Below, piece by piece: positions 10,126 through 20,627 of a stretch of DNA of 64,000 bases (the first letter of the stretch is position 1; each line of letters starts with the position of its first letter). The notes beneath the pieces are model-generated. The model did not search any database. It had not been told where the DNA came from and saw nothing but the letters and a program-made list of their open reading frames with translations. The stretch is from Candidatus Omnitrophota bacterium (GTDB lineage Bacteria; Omnitrophota; Gorgyraeia; JAHJTE01): positions 321,332 through 385,331 of the forward strand of contig JAHJTE010000001.1 of assembly GCA_018830005.1 (NCBI GenBank). Direction: 5' to 3'. A program made the position numbers and the translations under genes.

Positions 10126-11152
10126 GAAGGCTCCTAAGAATAAAAGGATACTTATTTTCAATGTGAATTGGCTGGGCGATGTGTTGTTTTCTACCTCGGC
10201 ATTAAAGGCACTTCGGCAGGCATTTCCTAAGGCATACATTGCCTCTATCCTACACCCGCGCACAATCGAAGTCTTACAAGATAATCCTAACCTTGATGAG
10301 ATTATCATCTTTGATGAAAAAGAAAAAAACAAGCACTTATTAAGTAAATTTAGCTTTGTCTCTGCGCTTGCGAAGAAAAATTTTGATACTGTTTATTTAT
10401 TTCATCGTTCATTTACGCGTTCAATGCTTATGGCGCTGGCAAAGATTCCTCACCGTATTGGTTACAAGGCAAAGAAAAGAGCAGGATTATTCTTAACGCA
10501 AAAGATTGCCTTACCGAAAGGCCAGATACATCGAGTCGATTATTTTTTGAACATCTTAAGAGAGTCAGGCATAGACTGCAAATTTTCTGATTATGAATTT
10601 TTTGTTGATAATGCTTCTCGGGAAAAAATTGCCAGGATGTTTGAAGAAGAAAAAGTCAATAAGTCTGATTTCTTCGTGTGTCTAAACCCAGGAGGAAACT
10701 GGAATTTGAAACGCTGGCAAAAGGAACGTTTTGCTCAGCTTGCAGATAGATTGACTCTTGAGTTTAAGGCAAAGATAATAATTACAGGAAGCGCAAAAGA
10801 CCTATCTTTAGCTAAGGATATAGCCTCGCAGATAAGAGAGGAGCCTATAATTACCTGTGGAAGCACTAGCCTTAAAGAATTAGGAGCGATTATCGAAAGG
10901 AGCAAACTGTTCATCAGCGCTGATTCTGGGCCAATGCATATAGCAGCTGCCTTAGGGGTGCCTATCATTGCTCTGTTTGGGCCTACATCAGCACACATTA
11001 CCGGACCCAGAGGTAAAGGTAAAATAAAAATTATCCAAAAAGACGTTGGCTGCTGTATTCCTTGTTATAAGGTCACATGTAAGGATAACCGCTGTATGAA
11101 GACGATTAGCGTTGAGGATTGTATAGCTGCTGTACGTGAAATCATCTCATAA
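10118..11152 (+). CDS. waaF: GT9 LPS heptosyltransferase (WaaF-like)
   Basis: NWLGDV, KRW, DSGPMHIAAA, LFGPT, C-terminal CxPC. Confidence 0.75.
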   Translation: MSKKAPKNKRILIFNVNWLGDVLFSTSALKALRQAFPKAYIASILHPRTIEVLQDNPNLDEIIIFDEKEKNKHLLSKFSFVSALAKKNFDTVYLFHRSFTRSMLMALAKIPHRIGYKAKKRAGLFLTQKIALPKGQIHRVDYFLNILRESGIDCKFSDYEFFVDNASREKIARMFEEEKVNKSDFFVCLNPGGNWNLKRWQKERFAQLADRLTLEFKAKIIITGSAKDLSLAKDIASQIREEPIITCGSTSLKELGAIIERSKLFISADSGPMHIAAALGVPIIALFGPTSAHITGPRGKGKIKIIQKDVGCCIPCYKVTCKDNRCMKTISVEDCIAAVREIIS

Positions 11153-11153
11153 T

Positions 11154-11496
11154 ATGGATTTATCGCAAATAAAAAAATTTTGATCATTCGTACTGATAGA
11201 ATTGGTGACGTGTTTTTGTCTATGTCAGTTCTAGCTAATTTGAGAAGAGCGCTTCCTTATGCACATATTGCGATGAGGTCCTTATTTATGATAAGCGAGG
11301 CCTGCATAAGAGCTGGCTATCAAGCCTTGGCTTTGCCGTTACTCTGCGAAAGAGGAAATTTGATTTGGCCTTGATTCTTCATCCTAAGGATGTAGGCTGC
11401 CAGATTTGTCTTGCCCATAATTGTAATAAGGATTTTTTGTGTTTAAAATCCATAAAACCAGAAGAGATTATTGAGTTAGCCAGGCCATTTTTGTGA
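11154..11496 (+). pseudogene. Frameshifted, internally deleted GT9 glycosyltransferase remnant
   Basis: Fragments in different frames: KKILIIRTDRIGDV (N-terminus); FDLALILHP fused directly to KDVGCQICLAHNCNKDFLCLKSIKPEEI (C-terminus); 343 bp vs about 1 kb for the adjacent GT9 gene. Confidence 0.85.
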
Positions 11497-11520
11497 GATT
11501 ACTTTCGATTTTCTTTATAG

Positions 11521-11549
11521 TTGCCTAGGCTGTTAAATTGTGTTAAAAT
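11521..11549 (+). promoter_or_regulatory. Sigma70-type promoter for the hldA-kds operon
   Basis: TTGCCT-N17-TAAAAT with extended -10 TG. Confidence 0.55.
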
Positions 11550-11573
11550 CAGTTTTTGTCCCTTGGGGGCCTT

Positions 11574-12560
11574 ATGATAAATATAGACAAAAGGATAATT
11601 GATAACTTTAAAAAAGCCAGGATTCTAGTTATCGGTGATTTAATCCTGGATAAGTTTATCTGGGGTAATGTAGATCGCATTTCACCCGAGGCTCCTGTGC
11701 CTGTGGTGTATCAGGTAAGAGAATCCTACATGCCAGGCGGAGCAAGTAATGTTACCAATAATCTTTCAAGCCTAAAGGCTAAAGAGGTTTTAATGGTCGG
11801 CCTTATTGGCCGTGACAGCGAAGGCAGAAGATTAAAAGCGGAATTAAAGAAAAGAGGCGTTAATATTTCTGGCGTATTCACAGAAGGGGCTCGTCAGACC
11901 ACGTTAAAGACACGTATTATTGCTCATCATCAACAGGTCGTGCGCTTGGACCATGAAACCACAGCGCCTATAAAGAAGGAATCCGTAAAAAGGATTGTTA
12001 ATTTCGTAAAGAGGCACGTAGAAAGATGTGATGCGATTATTATCGAGGATTATGGCAAAGGGGTTATAGATCCTGGAGTGCTTGAACCTATTATCGCTTT
12101 TGCCCGGAGCAAGAAAAAAATCATAACAGTTGATCCTAAAGAAGATCATTTTAAATCCTATAAGAACGTTACAACAATAACGCCGAATCTTAAAGAGGCA
12201 TGCGAGGCCTCTGGTCAGAAGTTTAAAAAAGGCGTTGATGTATCTAAAATTGGCAAGCTACTTATGAGTCGCTTGAATCTCAAGGCCTTACTCATCACTA
12301 TGGGCGATGAAGGCATGCAGCTCATGCAGCGCGGGAAGAAGAGTCAGCACATTCCTACGCTTGCCCAGGAAGTCTTTGATGTATCTGGTGCCGGAGATAC
12401 AGTTATTGCTGTCTTTACCCTAGCCCTGGCTTGTGGAGCTGATTTTATGACTGCAGCACATTTGGCTAATATCTGTGCTGGTATAGTAGTGGGTAAGGTT
12501 GGCGTGGCAACAGTTAGTTTGAATGAGTTGTCCAAGGGGCTAAATAAATACCATGGATAA
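11574..12560 (+). CDS. hldA: D-glycero-beta-D-manno-heptose-7-phosphate kinase (standalone RfaE domain I)
   Basis: RISPEAPVPV, DYGKG, VDPK, TPN, DVSGAGDT; ATG at 11574 after GGGGG RBS preferred over TTG at 11556. Confidence 0.88.
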   Translation: MINIDKRIIDNFKKARILVIGDLILDKFIWGNVDRISPEAPVPVVYQVRESYMPGGASNVTNNLSSLKAKEVLMVGLIGRDSEGRRLKAELKKRGVNISGVFTEGARQTTLKTRIIAHHQQVVRLDHETTAPIKKESVKRIVNFVKRHVERCDAIIIEDYGKGVIDPGVLEPIIAFARSKKKIITVDPKEDHFKSYKNVTTITPNLKEACEASGQKFKKGVDVSKIGKLLMSRLNLKALLITMGDEGMQLMQRGKKSQHIPTLAQEVFDVSGAGDTVIAVFTLALACGADFMTAAHLANICAGIVVGKVGVATVSLNELSKGLNKYHG

Positions 12561-13293
12561 TATTGGTGTTATTCCTGCTCGTTTTGGTTCAACGCGTTTT
12601 GAAGGAAAAGTCCTTAAGACTTTGTCCGGGAAACCCATGCTGCAGTTGGTCTGGGAGGCAGCAAAACAGGCCAAATTACTGGATGCGGTTATAATTGCTA
12701 CAGATGATGAACGCGTAAAGAGAGTATGTACTGAATTCGGGGCAAAGGTTGAAATGACGGCAAAGCAACATTCTTCAGGCACAGATAGGATTTGTGAAGT
12801 AGTCAATCCGCTTGAAGTAAAAAACGTAGTTAATATCCAGGCGGATGAGCCATTAATAAGACCTGAGATGATTGATTCTTTAGTTAATGTCCTTCTCGGG
12901 GATAAAAAAGTATATATGGCTACGCTGATTAAGAAAATAACAAACAGCCGGGATTTAGAAAATACTAATGTGGTAAAGGTGCTTAAGGATAAATCAGATT
13001 GGGCCCTGTATTTTTCGCGCTCTAGTATTCCTTATGTACGCGCTGGTGCAGAGGGAGAAAAGGCCAAGCCAACATTCTTCAAGCATATTGGATTATACGC
13101 CTATACCAAAGATTTTCTTTTTACCTTCAAGAATCTAGAAAAGTCAGAATTGGAATTAAGCGAGCGTCTAGAGCAGTTGCGCGTGTTGGAAAATGGCTAT
13201 AGAATAAAGGTTATTGAAACTGAATTTGAGACTATTGGTGTGGATACGCCAGAAGATTTGGAAATTGCTCAAAATTTACTGAACGGAAGATGA
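12553..13293 (+). CDS. kdsB: CMP-Kdo synthetase
   Basis: IPARFGSTRFEGK, SGTDR, YFSR, HIGLYAY, ERLEQLR. Confidence 0.95.
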   Translation: MDNIGVIPARFGSTRFEGKVLKTLSGKPMLQLVWEAAKQAKLLDAVIIATDDERVKRVCTEFGAKVEMTAKQHSSGTDRICEVVNPLEVKNVVNIQADEPLIRPEMIDSLVNVLLGDKKVYMATLIKKITNSRDLENTNVVKVLKDKSDWALYFSRSSIPYVRAGAEGEKAKPTFFKHIGLYAYTKDFLFTFKNLEKSELELSERLEQLRVLENGYRIKVIETEFETIGVDTPEDLEIAQNLLNGR

Positions 13294-14102
13294 AAACAAT
13301 TAAATTAGGGAAAATTATAATAGGTAAAGATAAACTAGTTTTAATCGCCGGTCCCTGCGTAATCGAAGGCAGGAAATTTGCACTCAATCATGCCAAGCGC
13401 ATTAAAAGGATCTGCGCTAAATATAAGATGCCCTTGATTTTTAAATCCAGTTTTGATAAGGCTAATCGCACCTCACTTTCATCTTTTCGCGGTCCAGGCA
13501 TAAGAGTCGGACTCAAGATCTTAAAAGAGATAAGATATACATTGGGTATTCCTATATTAAGTGATGTCCACTGCGTAAGAGACGTTGAATTAGCAGCTGG
13601 AGTCTTAGATGTTATTCAGATTCCGGCATTTCTCTGCAGGCAAACAGATCTACTTCTTGAAGCTGCCCAGACAGGCAAAATTATCAATGTGAAGAAAGGC
13701 CAATTTTTGGCACCCTGGGACGTAGGTGAAATAATAAAGAAAATTGAATCAAAAAAGAATAAAAGAATCTTGCTTACAGAAAGAGGCACAAGTTTTGGAT
13801 ATAATAATTTAGTATTTGATTTAAGGAATCTTTCTATAATGCGCAAATTTGGTTATCCCGTAATTTTTGATGCGACGCATTCAGTGCAGTTGCCGGCAGC
13901 AGGAGGCACTGCCTCGGGTGGCCAGAGAGAGTTTGTGGCAGGTTACACTCGTGCTGCTGTTGCCTTTGGTTGCGACGGACTTTTCCTAGAGGTGCATGAG
14001 AAGCCGCAAAGGGCTCCTTGCGACGGACCGAATATGATAAGCTTTAATGAGCTAGAGAAGATCTTAGAAGGCGTCTGTAAGATAAAGGAAACATTAAAAT
14101 GA
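13290..14102 (+). CDS. kdsA: Kdo-8-phosphate synthase
   Basis: AGPCVIE, DKANRTS, KKGQFLAP, DATHSVQ. Confidence 0.96.
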   Translation: MKTIKLGKIIIGKDKLVLIAGPCVIEGRKFALNHAKRIKRICAKYKMPLIFKSSFDKANRTSLSSFRGPGIRVGLKILKEIRYTLGIPILSDVHCVRDVELAAGVLDVIQIPAFLCRQTDLLLEAAQTGKIINVKKGQFLAPWDVGEIIKKIESKKNKRILLTERGTSFGYNNLVFDLRNLSIMRKFGYPVIFDATHSVQLPAAGGTASGGQREFVAGYTRAAVAFGCDGLFLEVHEKPQRAPCDGPNMISFNELEKILEGVCKIKETLK

Positions 14103-15058
14103 ATTTAAAACGGGCAAGACAAGTATTAAAGATTGAATCGGAAGCAATTAAGAGGCTAATTCCCAGATTGGATAATAAGTTTTTAAAGGCCTTAGATCTA
14201 TTATATAGATGTAAGGGTAGAATAGTAGTTACAGGGATGGGCAAGGCCGGGATTATCGGCCAGAAGATTTCAGCCACGCTTTCTTCTACTGGCACACCCA
14301 GTCTATGGCTGCACTCTGCTGAGGCAAGTCACGGAGATCTAGGCCGCATAAGGCGCGATGATTGTGTCCTGGCACTTTCGAATAGCGGCGAGACAGAGGA
14401 GTTGAAGAATTTCTTGCCTATAATTAAAAAGATAGGCGTGAAATTAATATCGATTACAGGAGCTCCCAAATCTACTCTGGGGAGGTTTTCGGATGTGGTT
14501 GTTGATGCCAGTATCAAATATGAGGCCTGCCCTCTAGGCCTTGCGCCAACAGCCTCAACTACAGTTATGCTTGCTTTAGGTGATGCCTTGGCTGTGTGTT
14601 TGTTGGAAAAGAAAGGTTTTAAGGAGAAGGATTTCGCTTTTTATCATCCAGGAGGAGCCTTGGGTAAAAGGTTGTTGCTTACAGTTGGTGATATAATGCG
14701 CTCTGGAAAGAGCTCTCCTGTAGTTTTAGAGAATACGCCGGTATCAAAAGTACTTTTTGCGATTACAAAGGCACGCGCAGGTTCTGCTTCCATCATTGAT
14801 AAGAAGGGACGCCTGGTTGGTATTTTTACCGACGGTGACTTGCGCAGGCATTTAGGTAAAGATGCGACTTTGCCACATCGGCGAGTCAGCGAAGTGATGA
14901 CAAGAAACCCCCGCGTTATTAAAAAAGACTGCCTGGCAGCAGAGGCATTGCGTATATTGCAAGAGAAAAAGATTGATGAGCTGCCTGTTGTTGATAACAA
15001 GGCCAAACCTTTGGGCCTAGTGGATGTTCAGGATATTTTAAAGGCAGGGATTGTATAA
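14099..15058 (+). CDS. kdsD: Arabinose-5-phosphate isomerase (SIS plus 2 CBS domains)
   Basis: GMGKAG, HGDLG, LAPTASTT, HPGGALG. Confidence 0.93.
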   Translation: MNLKRARQVLKIESEAIKRLIPRLDNKFLKALDLLYRCKGRIVVTGMGKAGIIGQKISATLSSTGTPSLWLHSAEASHGDLGRIRRDDCVLALSNSGETEELKNFLPIIKKIGVKLISITGAPKSTLGRFSDVVVDASIKYEACPLGLAPTASTTVMLALGDALAVCLLEKKGFKEKDFAFYHPGGALGKRLLLTVGDIMRSGKSSPVVLENTPVSKVLFAITKARAGSASIIDKKGRLVGIFTDGDLRRHLGKDATLPHRRVSEVMTRNPRVIKKDCLAAEALRILQEKKIDELPVVDNKAKPLGLVDVQDILKAGIV

Positions 15059-15064
15059 CAGGCC

Positions 15065-15592
15065 ATGAAGACAAAGTCAATTCTAGCTAAGGCTAAAAAA
15101 ATAAAATTATTGATGCTTGATGTAGATGGCGTATTAACCGATGGCAGGATTATTTATGATAGCTCGGGCCGCGATTTGAAATTATTTGATGTGCAGGATG
15201 GACTTGGCGTGTATCTTTTAAGCCTTATGGGTATAAAAACAGTGTTGGTTACAGCAAAAGGCTCTAGCGTTATAACACCCAGAGCAAAAAGCATGCGCGT
15301 AGCCGCAGTATATAAGGATATCTTTCCCAAGACAAAGGTCCTAGAATCAGTAAAGAAAAGATTTAGGGTGAGCGTTGATGCGATTTGTTTTGTAGGTGAT
15401 GATTTGGTTGATTATTCAATAATGAAAAAATGCGGTTTAAGTATTGCTGTTTCTAACGCCTGCAAAGAGATAAAGCAGATCGCGCATTTTACAACTAAAA
15501 AAGCAGGCGGCAGAGGCGCGGTACGCGAGGTAGTGGAAATCTTACTTAAGGCCCAAGGCCTATGGAAGAAGGCCTTAAGTTTGTACGAATAA
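15065..15592 (+). CDS. kdsC: Kdo-8-phosphate phosphatase
   Basis: DVDGVLTDG, GDDLVD, GGRGAVRE. Confidence 0.92.
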   Translation: MKTKSILAKAKKIKLLMLDVDGVLTDGRIIYDSSGRDLKLFDVQDGLGVYLLSLMGIKTVLVTAKGSSVITPRAKSMRVAAVYKDIFPKTKVLESVKKRFRVSVDAICFVGDDLVDYSIMKKCGLSIAVSNACKEIKQIAHFTTKKAGGRGAVREVVEILLKAQGLWKKALSLYE

Positions 15593-15602
15593 AAGAGTTA
15601 TT

Positions 15603-16325
15603 ATGTTGCTTCTAGAAATCAAGGATTTGTCAAAGACTTATGGTACGCGTCAGGTGGTTAATGGCGTAAGCCTGACCGTAGGCCGTTCCGAGATAGTAGG
15701 GCTTCTTGGCCCTAATGGGGCAGGCAAAACTACCACATTTTACATGATTATGGGTATTGTTGCTCCAGATAAGGGCAAGATAATACTAGATCAGCAAGAG
15801 CTTGCAAAGATGCCCATACATAAACGTTCTCGCTACGGTATGGCCTATCTTTCTCAAGAACCCTCTGTCTTTAGAAAACTTACAGTGCAGGAAAATATCA
15901 TGGCAATTCTAGAGACATTGAATATTTCCCAGCATGAGAGACGCCGCAGGTTAGAGCATCTCTTGGAAGAGCTGAAGATTTCTCATTTGATGAATAGCAA
16001 GGCATATACCCTTTCAGGCGGTGAACGCAGACGATTGGAAATTACCAGGGCATTAGTTACCAAGCCATCGTTTATCCTCTTGGATGAGCCTTTTTCTGGT
16101 ATTGACCCTATTGTGGTTGCCGAGGCCCAGGAATTAATCAAGGAATTAAAAGAGAAAGGTCTAGGGATTTTGCTTACTGACCATAACGTACGTGAGACAC
16201 TTTCTATTACTGACAGGGCATATGTTATTAATGAAGGCCGTATTCTTATATCAGGAAAGGCTAAAGATTTGATTGATGATGCCCAGGCGCGAAAGGTCTA
16301 CCTGGGTGAGAAGTTCAAGATGTGA
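15603..16325 (+). CDS. lptB: LPS export ABC ATPase
   Basis: GPNGAGKTTTF, LSGGERRRLEI, DEPFSGIDP, TDHNVRETL, VYLGEKF. Confidence 0.95.
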   Translation: MLLLEIKDLSKTYGTRQVVNGVSLTVGRSEIVGLLGPNGAGKTTTFYMIMGIVAPDKGKIILDQQELAKMPIHKRSRYGMAYLSQEPSVFRKLTVQENIMAILETLNISQHERRRRLEHLLEELKISHLMNSKAYTLSGGERRRLEITRALVTKPSFILLDEPFSGIDPIVVAEAQELIKELKEKGLGILLTDHNVRETLSITDRAYVINEGRILISGKAKDLIDDAQARKVYLGEKFKM

Positions 16326-16347
16326 AGTCTGCATGTGAGGAGATTCT

Positions 16348-17226
16348 ATGAAATCAGAAATAAAAAAATTGGATGCTTGTTTAAGAGAGGTTAATATTGA
16401 GGTAGATCAAGAGACAGTCAAGACCAAACTCGATGAGGTCTATGCTGAGATTTCAAAAAAGGCCAAGGTACCTGGTTTTCGTCCTGGTACTGCTCCCAGG
16501 CAGATTCTTGAAAAACACCACAATCAATTAGCACATGAGGAGTTACTAAAGACCCTTATTCCTCAGGCCTATGATGAGAGCCTCAAAGAGAAAAATCTCT
16601 TTTCCTATGGGCCGCCTGAGATATCAGACGTCTCGTTGAATAATAATGTTCTAAAGTTCAAGGCTAAGGTAGAGGTAAGGCCGGAAATGAATTTGAGCTC
16701 ATATAAAGGGATTAAGATTAAAAGGAAAGAACCAGAGGTTAAGGAAGAAGAAATAGAGGAGCAGATAAAGGCCCTTGCTAAAGATAGAGAGCGTGAAAAT
16801 GATATTAGCGACAATCTTGCCAGAAGCTTAGGCTATAAAACCCTGGATGAATTTAAGGAATTTTTGAGAAAACAGCTCTTTTTGAAATCTCAAGAGGAAT
16901 CCTATCATGACGCCTTTAATCAAATTATTGAGCAGCTTCTTAAAGATAATCCCGTTGATGCCCCGCGTGTTTTAGTAGAACGGCAGTTAGAAAGACGCCA
17001 GCAAGAGACAAGTTACAGGTTAAAGGCGTACGGTCAAAAGCAAGAAGAAATAGAGACTAAACTTAAGGAGCTTAAGCCGCAGCTAGAACAGGCCTGTCAG
17101 CGAGAAACAAAGATATTTTTGTTACTAGAAGAGATTTCCAAAAAAGAAAATCTTAAGGTAAAGGATGCATCTCTGGTTACCCAGAGGGCAGTAGAATTTT
17201 TGTTTGAGAATGCAAAATGGGGGTGA
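16348..17226 (+). CDS. tig: Trigger factor, short form
   Basis: PGFRPGTAP ribosome-binding motif; position before clpP; 292 aa. Confidence 0.85.
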   Translation: MKSEIKKLDACLREVNIEVDQETVKTKLDEVYAEISKKAKVPGFRPGTAPRQILEKHHNQLAHEELLKTLIPQAYDESLKEKNLFSYGPPEISDVSLNNNVLKFKAKVEVRPEMNLSSYKGIKIKRKEPEVKEEEIEEQIKALAKDRERENDISDNLARSLGYKTLDEFKEFLRKQLFLKSQEESYHDAFNQIIEQLLKDNPVDAPRVLVERQLERRQQETSYRLKAYGQKQEEIETKLKELKPQLEQACQRETKIFLLLEEISKKENLKVKDASLVTQRAVEFLFENAKWG

Positions 17227-17229
17227 AAA

Positions 17230-17835
17230 ATGGATGAGAAAATGCAGACCTTAATTCCGATGGTAGTTGAGACAACTGGAAGGGTGGAGCGCGCCTATGA
17301 TATTTATTCTCGGCTCCTGAAGGACAGGATTATTTTCGTAGGTACAGCGATTGATGACCATATCTCAAATCTGATAATTGCGCAGTTGCTTTTTCTGCAG
17401 ATGGAGGATGTTAATAAAGAGATCAATCTTTATATCAACTCTCCGGGTGGTTCTGTGACAGCAGGTCTGGCAATTTATGATACGATGCAATTTATAAAAC
17501 CGATTGTGGCTACTTACTGTGTTGGTCAGGCTACGAGCATGGGAGCGCTGCTGTTGGCAGCTGGAAGTAAAGGTAAACGTTTTGCCCTGCCTCATGCACG
17601 TATGATGATTCATCAGCCCTGGGGTGGCGTTCAAGGTCAGGCCAGCGATATCTCAATTCAGGCAAAGGAAATTTTGCGCATGAAAGATAAGATTAATGAA
17701 ATACTTGCGCGTCATACAGGTCAGTCAATAGAAAGAATAGTTAAGGATTCTGACCGTGATTACTTTATGAGCGCCCAAGAGGCAAAAGATTATGGCTTGG
17801 TAGATGAGGTTATTGAGCATCAAAAGAAGAAATAA
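17230..17835 (+). CDS. clpP: Clp protease proteolytic subunit
   Basis: [30 protein letters not shown]. Confidence 0.97.
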   Translation: MDEKMQTLIPMVVETTGRVERAYDIYSRLLKDRIIFVGTAIDDHISNLIIAQLLFLQMEDVNKEINLYINSPGGSVTAGLAIYDTMQFIKPIVATYCVGQATSMGALLLAAGSKGKRFALPHARMMIHQPWGGVQGQASDISIQAKEILRMKDKINEILARHTGQSIERIVKDSDRDYFMSAQEAKDYGLVDEVIEHQKKK

Positions 17836-17852
17836 AACAGGGAGCTTTTCAT

Positions 17853-18992
17853 ATGAATAAGACCTACTTACTTACTCCAGGACCAACTCCATTGCCGCCT
17901 GAGGTTAGAGAGGCATTATCTAGAGAGATCATTCATCATCGCACAAAGGCATTCCAAGAGATTCTAGGAGAGTGCCTGAATGATTTGAAAGAGATATTTA
18001 AAACCAAGAATGATATATTTATTCTTACTTCTTCAGGAACAGGAGCAATGGAGGCAGCCGTAGTAAATCTCCTCTCGCGAGGCGATAAAGCGCTTTGCGT
18101 CCAAGGCGGGAAATTCGGAGAGCGTTGGACAGAGATATGCCAGGCCTACGGTGTTGATGCAGAGATAGTTGATGTCCAATGGGGTGAGGCTGTAGACCCT
18201 CAAGTAATCGAGGAGAAATTAAAGGCCAACGAAGATATTAAGGCAGTGTTCACAACTTTATGTGAGACCTCAACTGCCACATCTAGTGATATTAAGGCAA
18301 TAGGTTCTATTGTAGGCAATCATAAATGCGTGCTTGTTGTAGATGCAATTAGTGCTTTAGGCGCTGTTGATTTAGAGACAGACGAATGGGGAGTTGATGT
18401 TGTTGTTTGTGGTTCTCAGAAAGGCCTGATGCTTTCTCCTGGATTGGCCTTTATCAGCATGAGCCCTAAGGCCTATTCCTTAATGGAGAGTTCTGATTTA
18501 AGCCGCTATTATTTTGATTTGCGAAAAGCAAAAAAGATAGTTGATAAACCTGATACGCCATTTACTCCTGCTGTTAGTTTGGTTGTAGCCTTGAAAGAGG
18601 CTTTGAGCCTTATGAAGAAAGAGGGATTAGAGCAGCGTTTTAAGAGGTTTTCTCTTTATAGAGAGGCTCTCAAGAAGGCAGCAGTTGCCTTAGGGCTTTC
18701 TATTTTTAGCAGGAGCCCCTCAGATGCTGTAACCGCGATAAATTTACCCCCTGATATTGACGGCGTAAAATTAGTAAAGATAATGCGCGATACCTATGGA
18801 GTAGGAATAGCTGGCGGTCAGGGAAAGCTTAAAGGTAAAATCATTCGCATCGCCCATATGGGTTACATCAATGCCAGAGATATCATTACTGCTATTTCTG
18901 CTTTAGAGGATACTTTAAAAGATATGGGTTATAAATTCCAAATCGGTGCAGGAATAAAAGCAGCAAAAGAAATATTGAAAGAGACAAGATAA
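17853..18992 (+). CDS. Class V aminotransferase (serine-pyruvate/alanine-glyoxylate type)
   Basis: LTPGPT, SSGTGAME, DAIS, GSQKG, RIAHMG. Confidence 0.88.
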   Translation: MNKTYLLTPGPTPLPPEVREALSREIIHHRTKAFQEILGECLNDLKEIFKTKNDIFILTSSGTGAMEAAVVNLLSRGDKALCVQGGKFGERWTEICQAYGVDAEIVDVQWGEAVDPQVIEEKLKANEDIKAVFTTLCETSTATSSDIKAIGSIVGNHKCVLVVDAISALGAVDLETDEWGVDVVVCGSQKGLMLSPGLAFISMSPKAYSLMESSDLSRYYFDLRKAKKIVDKPDTPFTPAVSLVVALKEALSLMKKEGLEQRFKRFSLYREALKKAAVALGLSIFSRSPSDAVTAINLPPDIDGVKLVKIMRDTYGVGIAGGQGKLKGKIIRIAHMGYINARDIITAISALEDTLKDMGYKFQIGAGIKAAKEILKETR

Positions 18993-19046
18993 TTTAGAAT
19001 TCCTCAGTCACGATTTCTTACAATCTCACCATTTTAGTATTTTGTC

Positions 19047-20573
19047 ATGCAGAATCTAATAGAATTACTTAAAGAAACTGCCCAAAAATACCCCAAAAAC
19101 AAAGCAGTCATCTATAAGAATAAGGCTATTCGCTACCGCCAGCTAGTAAGCGAGGTTGTTCGCTTAGGTCTTAGATTATCGCGTTTAAACATTCGCAGGG
19201 GAGACAGGGTAGGCATCTTATTGGGCAATTGCAGCGATTTTGTTATTTCTTATTTTGCCATTCTTAACCGGGAAGCAACGGTTGTGCCTCTGAATCATTT
19301 TTTAAAACCAGAGGAATTAAAGAGGATACTTGAGGATTGCAATTTAAGGTTTTTAATCACAAACAGCAAGTTTTCAAAAACAGTCGAATTTTTAAGAAGA
19401 GAGGCTTCTAGTCTGGAAGACGTCTTATTTGTTGATGCGGATATAACGCAAATCCTTTCCTTTTTAAAGATGCCCTTAAAGAATTTCGGTTTCGCCGGGC
19501 TTAAAAGCATTGCCAAAAGACCTGACGTTGCTGTTATTCTTTATACCTCAGGTACAACTGGCCAGCCTAAGGGAGCAATGCTTACACATGGAAATCTACT
19601 TTTTGATGTGTTTGCCTGTGCTGAGGCGATTGAAGTAAAACAAAGCGATAATTTTATTTGCATGCTGCCTCTTTTTCATTCTTTTCCTTCAACTGTATGC
19701 ATGTTACTTCCTCTTGCTAAAGGGGGGACAATGACAATCTTAGAAGGGGTTAGGCCTTTTTCAAAAGTAATAGAGGCTATACTCAGGCATAGGGTAACGG
19801 CATTCGTTTCTGTGCCTGCTGTTTATAATGTTTTAGTGCATATGCGGATATTAAAGATTTTGACCTTGCCGTTTATTAGTCCTTTGCGGCTTTGTATTTC
19901 CGGGGCTGCTGCTTTACCGGCTGATACATTGAATAAGTTCCAGGAGAAATTCCGCGTTCCGCTCTTGGAAGGGTATGGTTTAACAGAGACCTCACCTGTA
20001 GTCTCCTTGAATTCTTTAAGAGGTGTGAGGGTTTCAGGTTCTATTGGTAAGCCTTTAGAAGGCGTAGAGGTAAAAATCATAGATGAACAAGGAAGGCCAG
20101 TATCAATAGGAGAAGTGGGCGAGTTAGTCGTAAAAGGCGGCAATGTTATGAAGGGATATTTTAACCGCCAGGAGGAAACAGAAGAGGCCCTAAGAGATGG
20201 TTGGCTTCATACAGGGGATCTGGCTAAAATCGATGACAAGGGTTTTATATATATTGTGGATAGAAAGAAAGACATGATTAATGTTCGGGGCTTAAAGGTT
20301 TATCCCAGAGAAGTGGAGGAGATTTTCTTCAGGCATCCGGCTGTTAAAGAGGTAGCTGTTGTTGGATTAAAGGATGAGCATCATGGGGAAATACCCAAGG
20401 CATTTCTGGTATTGAAAGAAAGGCGCAAGGTAACCGAGCAGGAGTTTTTACGTTATCTGCGCAAGAATATAGCAAGCTATAAAGTGCCCCGAAGCATTGA
20501 ATTTAGAGATTCGCTTCCTAAGACCTCAAGTGGTAAGGTTTCTAAGCGGGAGTTGATTGAAGAGTTCACTTGA
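19047..20573 (+). CDS. Long-chain fatty acid-CoA ligase
   Basis: YTSGTTGQPKG, EGYGLTE, TGD, DRKKD, PKTSSGK. Confidence 0.88.
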   Translation: MQNLIELLKETAQKYPKNKAVIYKNKAIRYRQLVSEVVRLGLRLSRLNIRRGDRVGILLGNCSDFVISYFAILNREATVVPLNHFLKPEELKRILEDCNLRFLITNSKFSKTVEFLRREASSLEDVLFVDADITQILSFLKMPLKNFGFAGLKSIAKRPDVAVILYTSGTTGQPKGAMLTHGNLLFDVFACAEAIEVKQSDNFICMLPLFHSFPSTVCMLLPLAKGGTMTILEGVRPFSKVIEAILRHRVTAFVSVPAVYNVLVHMRILKILTLPFISPLRLCISGAAALPADTLNKFQEKFRVPLLEGYGLTETSPVVSLNSLRGVRVSGSIGKPLEGVEVKIIDEQGRPVSIGEVGELVVKGGNVMKGYFNRQEETEEALRDGWLHTGDLAKIDDKGFIYIVDRKKDMINVRGLKVYPREVEEIFFRHPAVKEVAVVGLKDEHHGEIPKAFLVLKERRKVTEQEFLRYLRKNIASYKVPRSIEFRDSLPKTSSGKVSKRELIEEFT

Positions 20574-20627
20574 TTCTTTTGGCCCTACCTTCCTAATAAT
20601 GGCTATCTTTCCCTGTTTGGCTTTTCG

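Noticed and set aside
11180-11374. 64-aa ORF as an intact small protein
   Set aside because: It is one frame of the GT9 pseudogene.
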